The position numbers and the translations under genes were made by a program. A stretch of DNA of 62,771 bases, the filler included, from Chiloscyllium plagiosum (Eukaryota), in the NCBI RefSeq assembly GCF_004010195.1. It is 6 parts of one record of this genome, joined end to end, with 100 filler letters (N's around TTAATTAATTAA, not from the genome) between each part and the next. Parts side by side here need not be neighbours in the genome. Positions count along the whole stretch, not along the records: positions 9,262 to 30,346 come from NC_057710.1; positions 30,447 to 36,438 come from NC_057710.1; 4 more parts are not named here. The stretch is one strand, 5' to 3'. The notes under the pieces are model-generated. The model ran no database searches and was not told the DNA's origin. It saw only the letters and a list, made by a program, of their open reading frames with translations. Below are positions 24,479 to 36,538 of the stretch, piece by piece (position 1 is the stretch's first letter; each line of letters opens with the position of its first letter).

Positions 24479-24936
24479 CTGGTGCTCATTTGAAGTTGTA
24501 CAGATCTTTTCATTTAGATTTAAGACTGCTGGAATTTGACTTAAATTATAAACCAGCTTCTTTGTCAATCTTGAATCATGAGAATCATAAGGGAACTAAA
24601 ATAAAGATTTGAACAATCCAAAAGATATATAAAAATACAGTTGCTCTGACGGTCAGATTAAATTGGTGTGTATTGCTCAAATATTTCTGCCCTGAGAGCA
24701 TTAAGAGTCAGCCACACATTAGAACCGGAATCAAAGAGGTAGGACTAGACAATTGTAGCTAGCCCCTCTTCTGAAGAATATTCATGATTCAATTAATTTT
24801 GATCCCACAATCTGGCATTTTTCATGTCCTTTTTATTGATACTAATGAACGATGGCCACCAGATTGGTTGAATCTCAATTTCAAGCTCCTAACAACATTA
24901 TTTATTTGTTCGTGGGATATGAGCATTGCTGGAAAT
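24479..24936. repeat. 458-bp direct duplication, donor copy
   Basis: No differences seen against 25643-26100 (offset 1164). Confidence 0.95.
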
Positions 24937-25204
24937 ACCAGCATCGATTGGCAGAGGGAAGTTAAGTGTCATTTTTTAAATTGCTGTGGGTCTGATTGGC
25001 CAGACTGGGTAAGTACGAAAATTTCCTTCCCTGGAGAGCGCTGCTAAACTAGGCTTTAATAGCAACTGACAGTGGTTATTTATTTTGTTTAAATTCTAGA
25101 TTGTTTATAATAAATTTAAATTTCACCATAGTGGGATTTGAAACCAGATCCTCCAGCCATTAACCTGGTATTCCAGTTTAGTGATATTACCACCATCTCC
25201 CCCT
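24900..25204 (-). mobile_element. SlmI/MetaSINE-like SINE, degenerate
   Basis: Colinear with 3608-3970. Confidence 0.6.
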
Positions 25205-25642
25205 TAGAAATCTGCAGGTGTGTATGGTACGAAACCGGATGTGGGACTGTTTCTGATCATAAACCCAGGCTTGCAGGAACCAGTCACTCATTGTTATTTT
25301 GGCTGGAGTAACTCAGGTTAACATTTAGGGGTGGCGAAGGTTTTTATAGCTGGAAGATCAGTCAGAGGCTTCCAGCTTTAGAAATGCAGCCAGCAGCAGG
25401 ACGAGGTAAGTAACCAATATGATGCTTCAACATGGTCACAATGTCTCAACCACATTATTTGGAAAACTAACTTCAAAAAGAACAAAAGCAACTGGGTAAT
25501 CACAATGAAGTGAGCGAGGTTTCCCATTCCAGGGTAGCCTTTGGCTGCATCTGCACTTACCTCCCATCAGGTGTGCAGACTGATTGGAATATTCCAGTCA
25601 CCTTCTTAAACTTGCACTTAACAAGATTCATGAAATGATAAG

Positions 25643-26100
25643 CTGGTGCTCATTTGAAGTTGTACAGATCTTTTCATTTAGATTTAAGACTGCTGGAATT
25701 TGACTTAAATTATAAACCAGCTTCTTTGTCAATCTTGAATCATGAGAATCATAAGGGAACTAAAATAAAGATTTGAACAATCCAAAAGATATATAAAAAT
25801 ACAGTTGCTCTGACGGTCAGATTAAATTGGTGTGTATTGCTCAAATATTTCTGCCCTGAGAGCATTAAGAGTCAGCCACACATTAGAACCGGAATCAAAG
25901 AGGTAGGACTAGACAATTGTAGCTAGCCCCTCTTCTGAAGAATATTCATGATTCAATTAATTTTGATCCCACAATCTGGCATTTTTCATGTCCTTTTTAT
26001 TGATACTAATGAACGATGGCCACCAGATTGGTTGAATCTCAATTTCAAGCTCCTAACAACATTATTTATTTGTTCGTGGGATATGAGCATTGCTGGAAAT
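25643..26100. repeat. 458-bp direct duplication, inserted copy
   Basis: Bracketed by gaaatgataagc at 25632-25643 and 26096-26107. Confidence 0.95.
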
Positions 26101-26104
26101 GATA

Positions 26105-26640
26105 AGCAGTGGAAGATCAGGGGTATCCATTCAGTTAACTCAGCCTGCCTTCCCACTCAATAAGACCATCACTGATCTGATTGTGAGCTTAACTTCACTT
26201 TGTACTCATAGCCTTTGTCTTGCCAAAAATCTACCTAATTCAGTTCTACATATATTCAATAGTCCATTTTTTTAGGGGGTACAGAATTCCAAAGACCAAT
26301 AACATGCTGAGAGAAAAAAATCCTCATCACCTGAAATGGGAGTACCTTGATTTAATGTGATGTCCCATGAGAGGAAGCATCTTCGCAGCATCTACGCTGC
26401 CAAGCCTCCTCAAAAACATATCTGCTTCAATAAGATCACCTTTCATTCTTTGCAGTCTAATGAGTATAGGTCCAACCTGTTCAACCTTCCCTTTTCGGAC
26501 AATCCCTTCATCCAAGGAATCAGTTAGGACAGCCTTCTCTGAACTGCTTCTAATGTAGGATATCTTTTCCGAAATAAGAAACTATAACTGTTCACAATAC
26601 TCCCCACACGGTCACACCAATGATCTCCACAGAAGTAACA
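26105..26640 (-). mobile_element. Old CR1 3' fragment
   Basis: LEAVQRR, RMKGDLIEA. Confidence 0.75.
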
Positions 26641-29549
26641 AAGGTTCCCTGTGCTATCCTGAGCTTGAGAAACTAAGAAACTAAAGAAAGGTACAGTGGC
26701 CGATGAAACACTGCAAATGTGGAGGCAACTGATATTTGTTAAGTATCTTATGAAAGTTTGCAAACAATGGGTTCACTGAATATATCCATCGAATGTTATA
26801 TAGTTTACCATTCATTGTAGGATAATGAACACATCAAGAAAACTAATGAAAGAAGGATAACAACTGTACCATGCTGCCTTGAAACAAATGCTAGCAGGAA
26901 AGAAAATCTCTTAAATTAAAAAGACAAATGCAAGGTGTCAACTGCTGGATTGCCTGAGAAGAAGAAACACATGGACAAATACGTTACTGCTGTTCCTGGT
27001 GTGAAGTAATGCTTTATACAGAATATGGATGTCTTTGATTTAATTTGTTTTGATATCACTATTGTACATATTATGATAATCTTCCCTTTTTTGGATTAGG
27101 CATGGAGATGGTATGTTATTCAACACCCAACCACTGCCAAGGAAATTGGATTTATCATCCAACAATCAGCTTGTTACAGGCTGGATTTGACAAGTTCCCC
27201 AGTCAGTTGGTTTTGTCCCGGGCTGCCATAAGATGCAACAGGCCAGCAACCATCGATTGAGGCCTACTCCCCAGTTTATTTTCTCTTCTTGTCAGAGGAA
27301 GGGGAGTGTCAAAGGGAAGGGCAGGGGTTGGCTCTCCGAACTGACCCCTATTAAACACCACTCATGCTTCCAGTTACACCCAGATTGGGCAACTGGAGGC
27401 CTCGTCCCAACACAGCATTTAGGTTACCTTGATTATGTAGTTGTGAAAACAGTTACCTTTCTCAATCATTGGCAAGACAGATAATCAGGGAGACAGCAAG
27501 CTGAAGCTCTTAAGCAAGTGATCATTGATCAGTTCAGGGCCTTAATTTGGGTAAAAGCTAAGAAAGTTCCCAATGGATCTTCTCATCCAGAACTGAATTG
27601 ATGAGGCGGTAGGAAGAGGGTGAATAGTTCCTTAAGGGATGTTGTTCCCGATTTTATACCCCTCCTCATTACCTCCAGAGAGGGGAAAATTGCTGCATAT
27701 TTTATGGAAACAAAGAGAGGGAAATATGTGAATTGTGAAATGGTATATGCAGGAACATCATTCTACAAGAGATAGGTAGCTGAAGTGTACTTTCAATCAT
27801 GAGAAAGCTGTTTTACTTTCAGCTATTGAGGTTCCTTTCTTGTGTTTATGTTAGTTGGTTTTCTTACAGTGGGTGATTAGTACCTCTTCCAAATGGGACA
27901 CTTAGCTGTTTAGATGTTTCCCAAAAGATGTCTGAACAAGAACAGACTAAAACAGTTCCTATTGTTTTAGGAGGGGCATGCTTGTATTGGGTATTTTAGT
28001 AACTAAATGCTATATGGAGATTGCACCTTCATAATCAACCATTTGAGCCAACAACATTTTGCATATGAGAAGTACCATTATTTCTTTAATATTAAGGGCA
28101 TGTTTGAAGCACAAGAGCCTTTTGTGAAAGAGAGTGCTGAATTTCGGAGTATTCAGAAAGTGACATTCATCTTGGGTGTAATGCAGGCAACTTACAAAAT
28201 CACAATCACTCATTTTGCACTGCCTCACAGAATGTCTTTTGCCTTCACCGATTCTCCTCTGCATCCTGTGCAAAACAATCAGAAATATGGGCAGCGGCAA
28301 CAAGCTATGATTTTCAAAGTATTTCTGAATCATTTACAGGAACTGAAGGCTCCTGCAATTTAATATCTCTCTAATTGCTGATTCGCGTACATCTATATCT
28401 TTATATGGATGCCATTAGCGAAAACAGATTGCAGAGCCACATCTTTATCGAAAAGACAGATGTGATATACAGCAAAGCAACGGAAGCCAAACAATGCTCC
28501 CACTAATAGATATCTAATGATTAACAGCCAGCAGGGAAATGTCAGTAAACTATGTTTTATGAAATCGGCATTCCTCAATTCCATTCAGAATAAGTGGGAG
28601 CTCAGAATGCAGGCAGCAAGGCCTGAGTGCTGGAAGGAAATAGTGCAAACTTGTGAAACAGTGCTAAGTTTTTTGCTGAACAGTCAAACATTTAGTTAAA
28701 CTAAAGAAGGTTACTATATCGTATCTGAGACTTTGATACATAATTGCTTGAGGAATTTGAATGCTATCCATAATTTGCAAACAATTGTTGTTGTCCATAA
28801 TGGGAGATCTCAAATCCACAGCTGTGCCCACTTTGTCAGTAGCCTGGTATTGAAGATTGAAAATTCAACCCTGACTCTGCATGTTCAGAACTTGAACCAT
28901 TTCCATTTTGGCCGAGTAGAAAGCCTAGTTAAACAGAAACTGTCCTGCAGTGGCAGTTATCTGTCAATCAATTGAAAGTAGTTTTACAAATCAATGTTAA
29001 TTACTCAACCTGGAAGATGACTCAGCAGTTACAGCATGGATGTGAGTTATTTCTATATAAAAAAGGACCAATTTTATGATTTCATGGAGTTGGATCATAG
29101 TGGAGATAATGAGAAATGAGTGCAAAGAAAGCTTTATGAAGTGCTAACTTGGGAATTTGATACACAATAGAATTCATTGCAGAGGAGGAGCTATTTTAAT
29201 AACTTTTCTTTAGCCCCAAGTAAGTGGTGAGTGTTCAAAGGTATTAATTATGTGATCAGTTGAGCAATTGGGGTGTTTTAAGATTTTATCCCTCCAAATG
29301 AGGGCACTAATTTAAAGCAATAGTGAAGAGATAAATATTGCATTGATTTGTAGTTTAACTAGTTACGCTTCTTAATAAAAGATAGCAATTGTGTATTTTC
29401 TTGAAATGTGAAACTGATTACTTAAAAAAGACACAGTAATGGTAGCAGCCTGGTAATTGCTAGTTTGTAATTATAACATGTGCTAACTGGAGAATACTAA
29501 TGCGATACATAGCAACTGTAAATGCAGTAAGTATCTGTAGCTCAAGGAA

Positions 29550-30095
29550 ACCCATAAGACAATAAGGTATAGAGCATAATTAGACCATTCTGCCAATTGA
29601 GTCTGCTCTGCCATTCTGCCATTCTCTCGCCTTCTCCCTGTAACCCTTGATCCCCTTAGGAATCATGAAACTGTCTATCTCTGTCTTAAAGACACTCAAT
29701 GACTTGGCCTCTGCAGTAATGAGTTCCATAGCTTAACCACTCTCTGGCTGAAGAAATTCCTCTTTATCTCAATTCTAAAGAGTCGTCCCTTCAGTCACGG
29801 GTTGTGCCCTCAGGTCCTAGTCTCTCCTGCTAGTGGGAACACCTTGTCCGTGTCCACTCTATCCAGGCCTCTCAGTATTCTGTAAGTTTCAATGAGATCT
29901 CCCTCATCTTTCTAAACTCCATAGAGTCCTCAACTGTTCCTCATGTGACATGCACGTGATCCCCTGAATCACTCTTGTAAACCTCCTCTGGATCCCCTCC
30001 AAAACCACCATATCCTTCCTTAGATACAGGGCCCAAAGCTGCTCAAAAGATGACAACAGTGGTCTAACAAGAGCCTTATATAGCTTCAGCAATAC
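29550..30095 (-). mobile_element. CR1 3' fragment
   Basis: LKLYKALVRPLL...LEGIQRRFTRVI. Confidence 0.85.
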
Positions 30096-30109
30096 ATCTC
30101 TGCAACAGT

Positions 30110-30346
30110 ACCGACACTCTCATTCGTTTGGCCGAACTGGTCCTCACCCTTAACAATTTCTCCTTTGAATCCTCCCACTTCCTCCAGACCAAAGGGGTAG
30201 CCATGGGCACACGTATGGGCCCCAGCTATGCCTGTCTCTTTGTTGGATACGTAGAGCAGTTGATCTTCCGTAATTACACCGACACCACTCCCCACCTCTT
30301 CCTCCGCAACATTGATGACTGCATTGGCGCCACCCCGTGCTCCCGC
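30110..30346 (+). pseudogene. Penelope-like reverse transcriptase fragment, cut by gap
   Basis: LVLTLNNFSFESSHFLQTKGVAMGTRMGPSYACLFVGYVE...FLRNIDD; PLE RT motifs, with YIDD changed to NIDD. Confidence 0.9.
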
Positions 30347-30446
30347 NNNNNNNNNNNNNNNNNNNNNNNNNNNNNNNNNNNNNNNNNNNNTTAATTAATT
30401 AANNNNNNNNNNNNNNNNNNNNNNNNNNNNNNNNNNNNNNNNNNNN
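30347..30446. other. Artificial contig spacer
   Basis: N44-TTAATTAATTAA-N44. Confidence 0.97.
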
Positions 30447-30624
30447 GTGAGTTCATGGAATGCCCTGCCAGTAGCAGTGGTGGACTCTCCCTCTTTATGG
30501 GCATTTAAACGGGCATTGGATAGGCATATGGAGGATAGTGGGCTAGTGTAGGTTAGGTGGGCTTGGATCGGCGCAACATCGAGGGCCAAAGGGCCTGTAC
30601 TGCGCTGTATTTTTATATGTTCTA
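30447..30624 (+). mobile_element. CR1 3' end, young subfamily
   Basis: Near-identical to 1048-1231. Confidence 0.92.
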
Positions 30625-31496
30625 AGGGCAAGTTTCAAACTGCTCCTCAACACTGTCATTTTACTGTTAGTTAATTCCAGTGAAATTTTACTCTTATCTC
30701 ATCTCTTAAAGTTTTTAAGTCAACAGATTGCTCCCAGCTTCTTGTCCTCAAGCTGTAGAGAGATTTTCACGATGCTTTTCCAAGTCCACTGGCACAAACA
30801 TTTCACAGTATCGTTCATGAAGCTCTTCACGGGAAAGCGCACGCACTATCTAATCATGTGATGCCAACGCGGAGACCAGTGCTCCGCGCACTGTGATACC
30901 TAGTGCCATGGATGAGAATCACATAACAGTGAACGGGAGTTCAATTTATGAAAAAACGGTCAGCAATTCACAAATCGTGTTACAGACAAATCGCATTTAA
31001 TAAACGAGCAATTTAGGAGAACTACCTTAGATAATGTTATGTAATGCTTATGAATATGTTTGCAAAACAAATAAGAAATTAGAGTCCAGAAAAGTAACAT
31101 TTCAACTTAGAAATCAGCCAAGCAAAAACTGAAGACATGATCCCTATCAAGTCCTGCACTGACATCTTATATAAATGAATGTCTTCCTGTTCTATTTTTG
31201 ATGTTCTCCCCTCGCCTACTGAAGGCAGTGATACGTTGCTAGGATACAATTCTACAAAATCTTTGTTAATTTCCAATTACTATGACGCCCACAAGTTAAC
31301 AAGTGTCCCCGTTTTGGATTGGTGGAACCCAATTTGGCAGAGCCACCTGCTCCATGCCAATAGCAAATCAATGCATGTAGGCTGGAAATCTTGAATATCA
31401 TTACACTGAAAAAAAACACATATATTGTTACTCTGTCTACTTTTTGTCTGTAACAGTCTGATCAGAAATTTCTACAGATACATCCTCATCAAATGT

Positions 31497-31811
31497 GGGT
31501 GGCATGGTGGCACAGTGGTTAGCACTGCTGCCTCACAGCACCAGAGACCCGGGTTCAATTCCCGACTCAGGCGACTGACTGCTGGGAGTTTGCACATTCT
31601 CCCCGTGTCTGCATGGGTTTCCTCCGGATGCTCCGGTTTCCTCCCACAGACCAAAGATGCGCAGGTCAGGTGAATTGGCCATGCTAAATTGCCCGTAGTC
31701 TTAGGTAAAGGGGTAAATGTAGGGGAATGGGTGGGTTGCGCTTCGGTGGGTCGGTGTGGACTTGCTGGGCCGAAGGGCCTGTTTCCACACTGTAAGTAAT
31801 CTAATCTAATC
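31497..31811 (+). mobile_element. Full-length HE1-type V-SINE
   Basis: A-box tggcacagtgg, B-box ggttcaattcc, V-domain, CR1-like tail, (taatc)3, flanking atcaaat repeat. Confidence 0.95.
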
Positions 31812-32895
31812 AAATTTCAAAAGCAATATTGAAATTGATGGGTGTTTTGGATTCTCGAAAGCAGGAGATTCAAGTTAAAAGTCATTAGTCAAGTACATCA
31901 AAATTTGGTCACGGAGAAAACATTGTGGATATTGGAAAGCTGAAATAAAGACTGCAGGTGCTAGAAATATTCAGCAGCTCTGGCATCTTCTGTTAAGACA
32001 GAAATGGAGTTAATCATTCAGATTATAATGTGTACCTGATCAAACACAAGAAGGGAAATTCGAAGCAATGAGCTTGATCTAGGTTGATAAAGGAAAGAGC
32101 CTTACAGGGCCTTAAAAGTAATGGACTCTGGCTAGAAATCTGGTAGAATCACATGAAAAGTCAACTGTGAGCAATTAGTTGTATTTGTCAACAGAGGTCC
32201 AAATGTTAGAAGAGATTCTCATGAGTAAGCAGCAAGAGGTCTATTAATGGGGATTATTACTTGTCATCACTCTCCTTAACTGCAAATCTTACCTCATTAA
32301 CATGCAGCTTCCTGTCATACCAGGGGACAGCCTCAAATTAGGCTCTGAGTACTCCCAGCATGGAAGTCAGAACAGATATCTGGTCACTCCAGCTTGCTGC
32401 CTGCCCCTGCACAGTGCTATATTGGACACTTGTCTCATGGCACCTCCACAGACAGCTTCCACTGTACCCCATGTTCACGATGCTAGCATCCAACACCTGC
32501 CAGCCTCCTTGCACTATCGTGGCACATGCCCGATCCACTTACCATTTGCTCCTGCATTCCAGTCTGCACTTGCCATTATAACTGCAATGCTGCGGGAAAG
32601 GCACTTTGTGGACAGAGACAGACATCCAGCTCCCAGTCTGGACCAGACAGCATCTTAGAGCTGCTCACTCACTTTCTGGAATATCCCACTGGTTCTTGCT
32701 GCTATGGCAAGTAGTAGAATGCTATTAGTACTGGTTAAGAGGGTGCTATATACACAGGAATGGTAGGTAGTTAATGAGGTGAATTTGGGATGATAATGTG
32801 TGAAAACCTGCTAGAGTTTGTAGAGAGAAGCTCTACTTGAAACTTGATGAAGATGACAGACAAAATACCGTAAGATTAAGTTAAAACCAAAATCT

Positions 32896-33220
32896 TAGAA
32901 TTATACAATCCCTACAGTGTGGAAAGAGTCCATTCAGCCCATTGAGTCTACACTGATCCTCTGAAGAGCATCCCACCCGGATCCCTACCTTATTCCTATT
33001 ACCCTGCATTTACTACAGCAAATTCAGTAGCCTACACATCTCTGTGGACAATACAGACAAGTTAGCATGGCCAATCCACCTAACCTGCGCACTGTGGGAG
33101 GAGACCGGAAGACCTGGCAGAAACCCACACATACACACAGGAAGAATGAGACACAGTGACCCAAGGCTGGGATCAAACCCAGTTCCCTGGTACTTGAGGT
33201 GTTAACTACTGAACCACCAT
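32896..33220 (-). mobile_element. HE1-type V-SINE, diverged
   Basis: ttagcatggccaatccacctaacctgc. Confidence 0.8.
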
Positions 33221-33352
33221 GAGTATTTCCTGAACTGGATATCTCAAATCCTGTCAGAGAGAAGAGCTGACCATGGTTAGCATTATTGGAAAGGAAAGTG
33301 ACAATGAATTGAATGCTAAAACCAGAGTGAAATACTGTGGATGTTATAATAA

Positions 33353-33638
33353 TGATTCTAATTGGCCCAACAAGTCCATACCGACCCTCCAAATGAACAA
33401 CTCCCCCAGACGCATTCCCCTACATTTACCCCTTCACCTAACACTATGGGTGATTTAGCATGGCCAATTCACCTAACCTGCTTGTTTTTGGACTGTGGGA
33501 GGAAACCGGAGCACCTGGAGGAAACCCACGCAGACACTGGGAGAATGTGCAAACACCACACAGACAGTTGCCTGAGGTGGGAATTGAACTCGGGTCTCTG
33601 GCACTGTGAGGTAGCAGTGCTAACCATTGTGCTGCTGT
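33353..33638 (-). mobile_element. HE1-type V-SINE
   Basis: Reverse complement matches 31497-31790. Confidence 0.9.
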
Positions 33639-34394
33639 GACACCCTGTTCTGATGAATTTCTCTCTGATTGAGCCATTAACTTTGTTGCTTACTCTGTAT
33701 TTGCTGCCAGACTTGCTGTATATTTATAGGTGGGAAGAATAGCTAGCCACCTTTCAACTTCTGGTTATTGCAAAAAAGAGAGAGCCCTTAGGTAGAATCT
33801 GAAAGAAATGAGCTGTGGCAAACAATGTGACACAATTGCATGAGACATCTTATTTCGACACTTGGACTTGCATTGTTTAAGCACCTTTTGGATGTCAAGG
33901 CAATATTCTCACAAGGGAGTGGGCGGTGAGTTGTAACTTAAGGGGGGGGCTGTGGGATTATTGCTTGTTAACAACTTATCTTCCCTATGCCAGACCTGTT
34001 AGTGCATTGCCACTTCAACCAGAGCCTAAAGGCTATCAGTACTGTCATAATGATGTACTGTTCAGTTCAAACATACAGACAGGCTGCTTGTAATCTTTGC
34101 CAGTAGGGATATTTCTGAGGGGTTTGGACATCTTACTGTACAGAACACTGAGATATTGATCTGAAACCTACAGCATGTGCCAGCTGTCTGTGTGGCAAAC
34201 ACATTGCATGTATTTTCAACCAAATAGCCCAAGTGGGTAAGGGCTGGTGCTCAGTTCAATCAAGGGAGACCAGCTGTTGGTCATTCCAGGAGCTTGGACA
34301 CAGTCAGTCATCTGTTTGGGCCAGTCATGGTCAAGGGATATGTCTGACTGCTGACTAGGCATTGGACAATGGTCTGTCCTGTGGGGCCATTAGG

Positions 34395-34710
34395 GGGAGG
34401 CAATGGCTCGGTGGCATTATTACTAGACTATTAACAAAGTAATCTCCTGGAGACCCAGGTTCAATTCAAAGCTATCTGGGCTAAGAGTCTAATGATAACC
34501 ATAGAACCATTACTGATTGTTAGTAAAGCCCAGCTGTTTCACTGATGTCCATTAGGGAATGAAATTTGCCATCCTTACTTGGTATGGTCTATATATGACT
34601 CCAGAGCCAAGCAATATTTTTGACCTTCAGCTGCCCTCTGGCAAATTAGGGATGAGCAATAAATACTGGGCTGGCCAGTGAGGTACAAGTTCTGTAAATT
34701 AAAAATAAAG
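34395..34710 (+). mobile_element. SlmI/MetaSINE-like tRNA-derived SINE
   Basis: gggaggcaatggc...ggttcaattc head; cactgatgtccattagggaatgaaatttgccatccttac core; LINE-shared tail. Confidence 0.75.
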
Positions 34711-35473
34711 CCATCACAACCAGTTAGAGGAGTTGTGTACCATCAGTTGGAGAGCTACAAACCTAGTGGTTACTGCTCTGGTCAGACAAATTGTGGGGTT
34801 GTACATCAGAGTTTGGGTTGAATACAGTCCTGGGTGTCCATGCATTGGTTGTTGAGTAGGGTGCTAGGAGCACAGGGCAAAAGGACTCTCACTGCCAAAA
34901 GGGGGTTAGGCAGTAAAGGCTGGCATGGGCCATTGAGGCGTGTTGAGGTGGTAACGAGGACAATGACAGGAAAATTTCAAGGATACAGCTTTAGAGGTCA
35001 TGGCAGATTAGAGTGAGGGGGTTCTCGGCATTGACCACCACCACCATGGCCTCCACAGGTGCAGTATAGAGGAGCAGGGTATGGATCATTTAAGGTGTAA
35101 TGTCAGGATTCAGGAGCTAGGGAGGGAAAAGGGGACATGGAGCTTCTTGGGAGCATCTGATGACCTGGCAGAGCTGGTGCTGATGGTGTCTACCGTGTTC
35201 TGTGTTGTCTGCCATCACTTGCCAAACTCTAAATGTGAAATGTACCTGAAGAATGACTGGGACAGTGCTCAGGGTGGGCAGAGTCAGGGTTAATTTGATG
35301 GCTAAAAGTGTGAGGACAATGGCTGTTAGGACATGAAGGAGCAAATAAATGAAGCATTCAAGTGCAAAATCCAGCTACATTTAATGTGCATTCCTTTGAC
35401 TGGCTGCTTGCAATGGATGCAGAGTTAACATGTTTTGGATTCAAGTGTTAGCCAAAGGCAATTTACACCTTGT

Positions 35474-35712
35474 TAAAAATCACACAACACCAGGTTACAG
35501 TCCAGCAGGTTTATTTGGATGTACAAGCTTTCAGAGAGCTGCTCCTTCATCAGGTAGCTAGTGGGACAAGATCATAGAGCACAGAATTTTAAAATAAAAT
35601 ATCAAAGTGTCATACAACTTATATTTCCAAATAAACCTGTTGGACTATAACCTGGTGTTGTGTGATTTTTATCTTTGTCCATCACAGTCCAACACCAGCA
35701 CCTCCACATCAT
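35474..35712. mobile_element. Penelope-like family C inverted insertion with 13-bp TSD
   Basis: atttacaccttgt (35461-35473) vs atttataccatgt (35713-35725); inverted arms. Confidence 0.8.
35522..35556 (-). ncRNA. Minimal hammerhead-like motif (family C)
   Basis: UAC-CUGAUGA-A-GGAGC-AGC-UCUCU-GAAA-G-CUU-GUA; stem I UAC/GUA; stem II partly decayed. Confidence 0.6.
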
Positions 35713-35946
35713 ATTTATACCATGTCATTGGTGCTTGCAATTTGAACAATGGTATCTCAATTATGCTGAGGCTAGTAATCACTTAAAAACAGAGGAATGC
35801 TGTCCAAAAGCGACCTGTAACTTGTGAAACTTCCAAATGTGTTGTGAGATACAGAGACCATCTGTTGTAATGGACTTTGCTGACATAGTGGTAAGTTTCA
35901 TGGGTCTGGAATGGGAAAGGGTGAGAGCACACACAGCAGGCACTCC

Positions 35947-36438
35947 TTTTTTTTAATAGATATTTTTATTAGAGATTTAACATTTTTACAAGTTTACAAA
36001 AATAAACAAAACTCTCAAATACAAACATTGATATACAATTAAATCAAATATACAATAGCCAAAATTGAACAAAAGAAAAAATAGCAAAAAAGAAAAAAAA
36101 CAAAACTCAACTGTCCAATAATCCAACCTACAACTAACCAGAGTGTATATTTAAGTCTCTTACATGCTCGGAATGTGTTAACATCAAATGTAATAAAACC
36201 CGTTTTCGTGCGGGATTCCTCTCCTAAGGGGCCCCGGACCAGCCAGGTTTGTAATCTCAATTAAATAAAAGCCCTTGTTAGGATAGCCGAAAAATCTGTA
36301 TTTATGTAATTCAAGAAGGGCTGCCATATTTTATAAAATAATTCGGTCTTTCGGTACACCATATTTGTAAGGAAGTCAAGGGGAATACATTCCATAATTA
36401 ATCTGTGCCAATTTGAAAGTCCAGAGGGGCCCTCAGCC
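35947..36438 (-). mobile_element. L1-clade LINE 3' end with poly(A)
   Basis: Minus strand SNWHRLIMECIPLDFLTNMVYRKTELFYKIWQPFLNYI then 3' UTR, aataaa and A9 tail. Confidence 0.8.
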
Positions 36439-36538
36439 NNNNNNNNNNNNNNNNNNNNNNNNNNNNNNNNNNNNNNNNNNNNTTAATTAATTAANNNNNN
36501 NNNNNNNNNNNNNNNNNNNNNNNNNNNNNNNNNNNNNN
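36439..36538. other. Artificial contig spacer
   Basis: N44-TTAATTAATTAA-N44. Confidence 0.97.

Noticed and set aside
25350..25405. Possible 56-nt + strand exon (tttttatag...gag|gtaagt)
   Set aside because: The peptide is unrecognised, there are no partner exons, and it probably lies in a decayed repeat.
28007..28363. 118-aa and overlapping antisense 107-aa ORFs
   Set aside because: No recognisable domain or exon boundaries; the length is compatible with chance.
30868..30895. Iron-responsive element (CAGTGC) or V(D)J recombination signal (cactgtg)
   Set aside because: The stem register gives a 7-nt loop without the IRE 5-bp upper stem and C bulge; no nonamer lies 12 or 23 bp from the heptamer.
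31497..31570. tRNA genes
   Set aside because: The A/B boxes are heads of HE1 SINEs that continue into the V-domain and LINE-derived tail.
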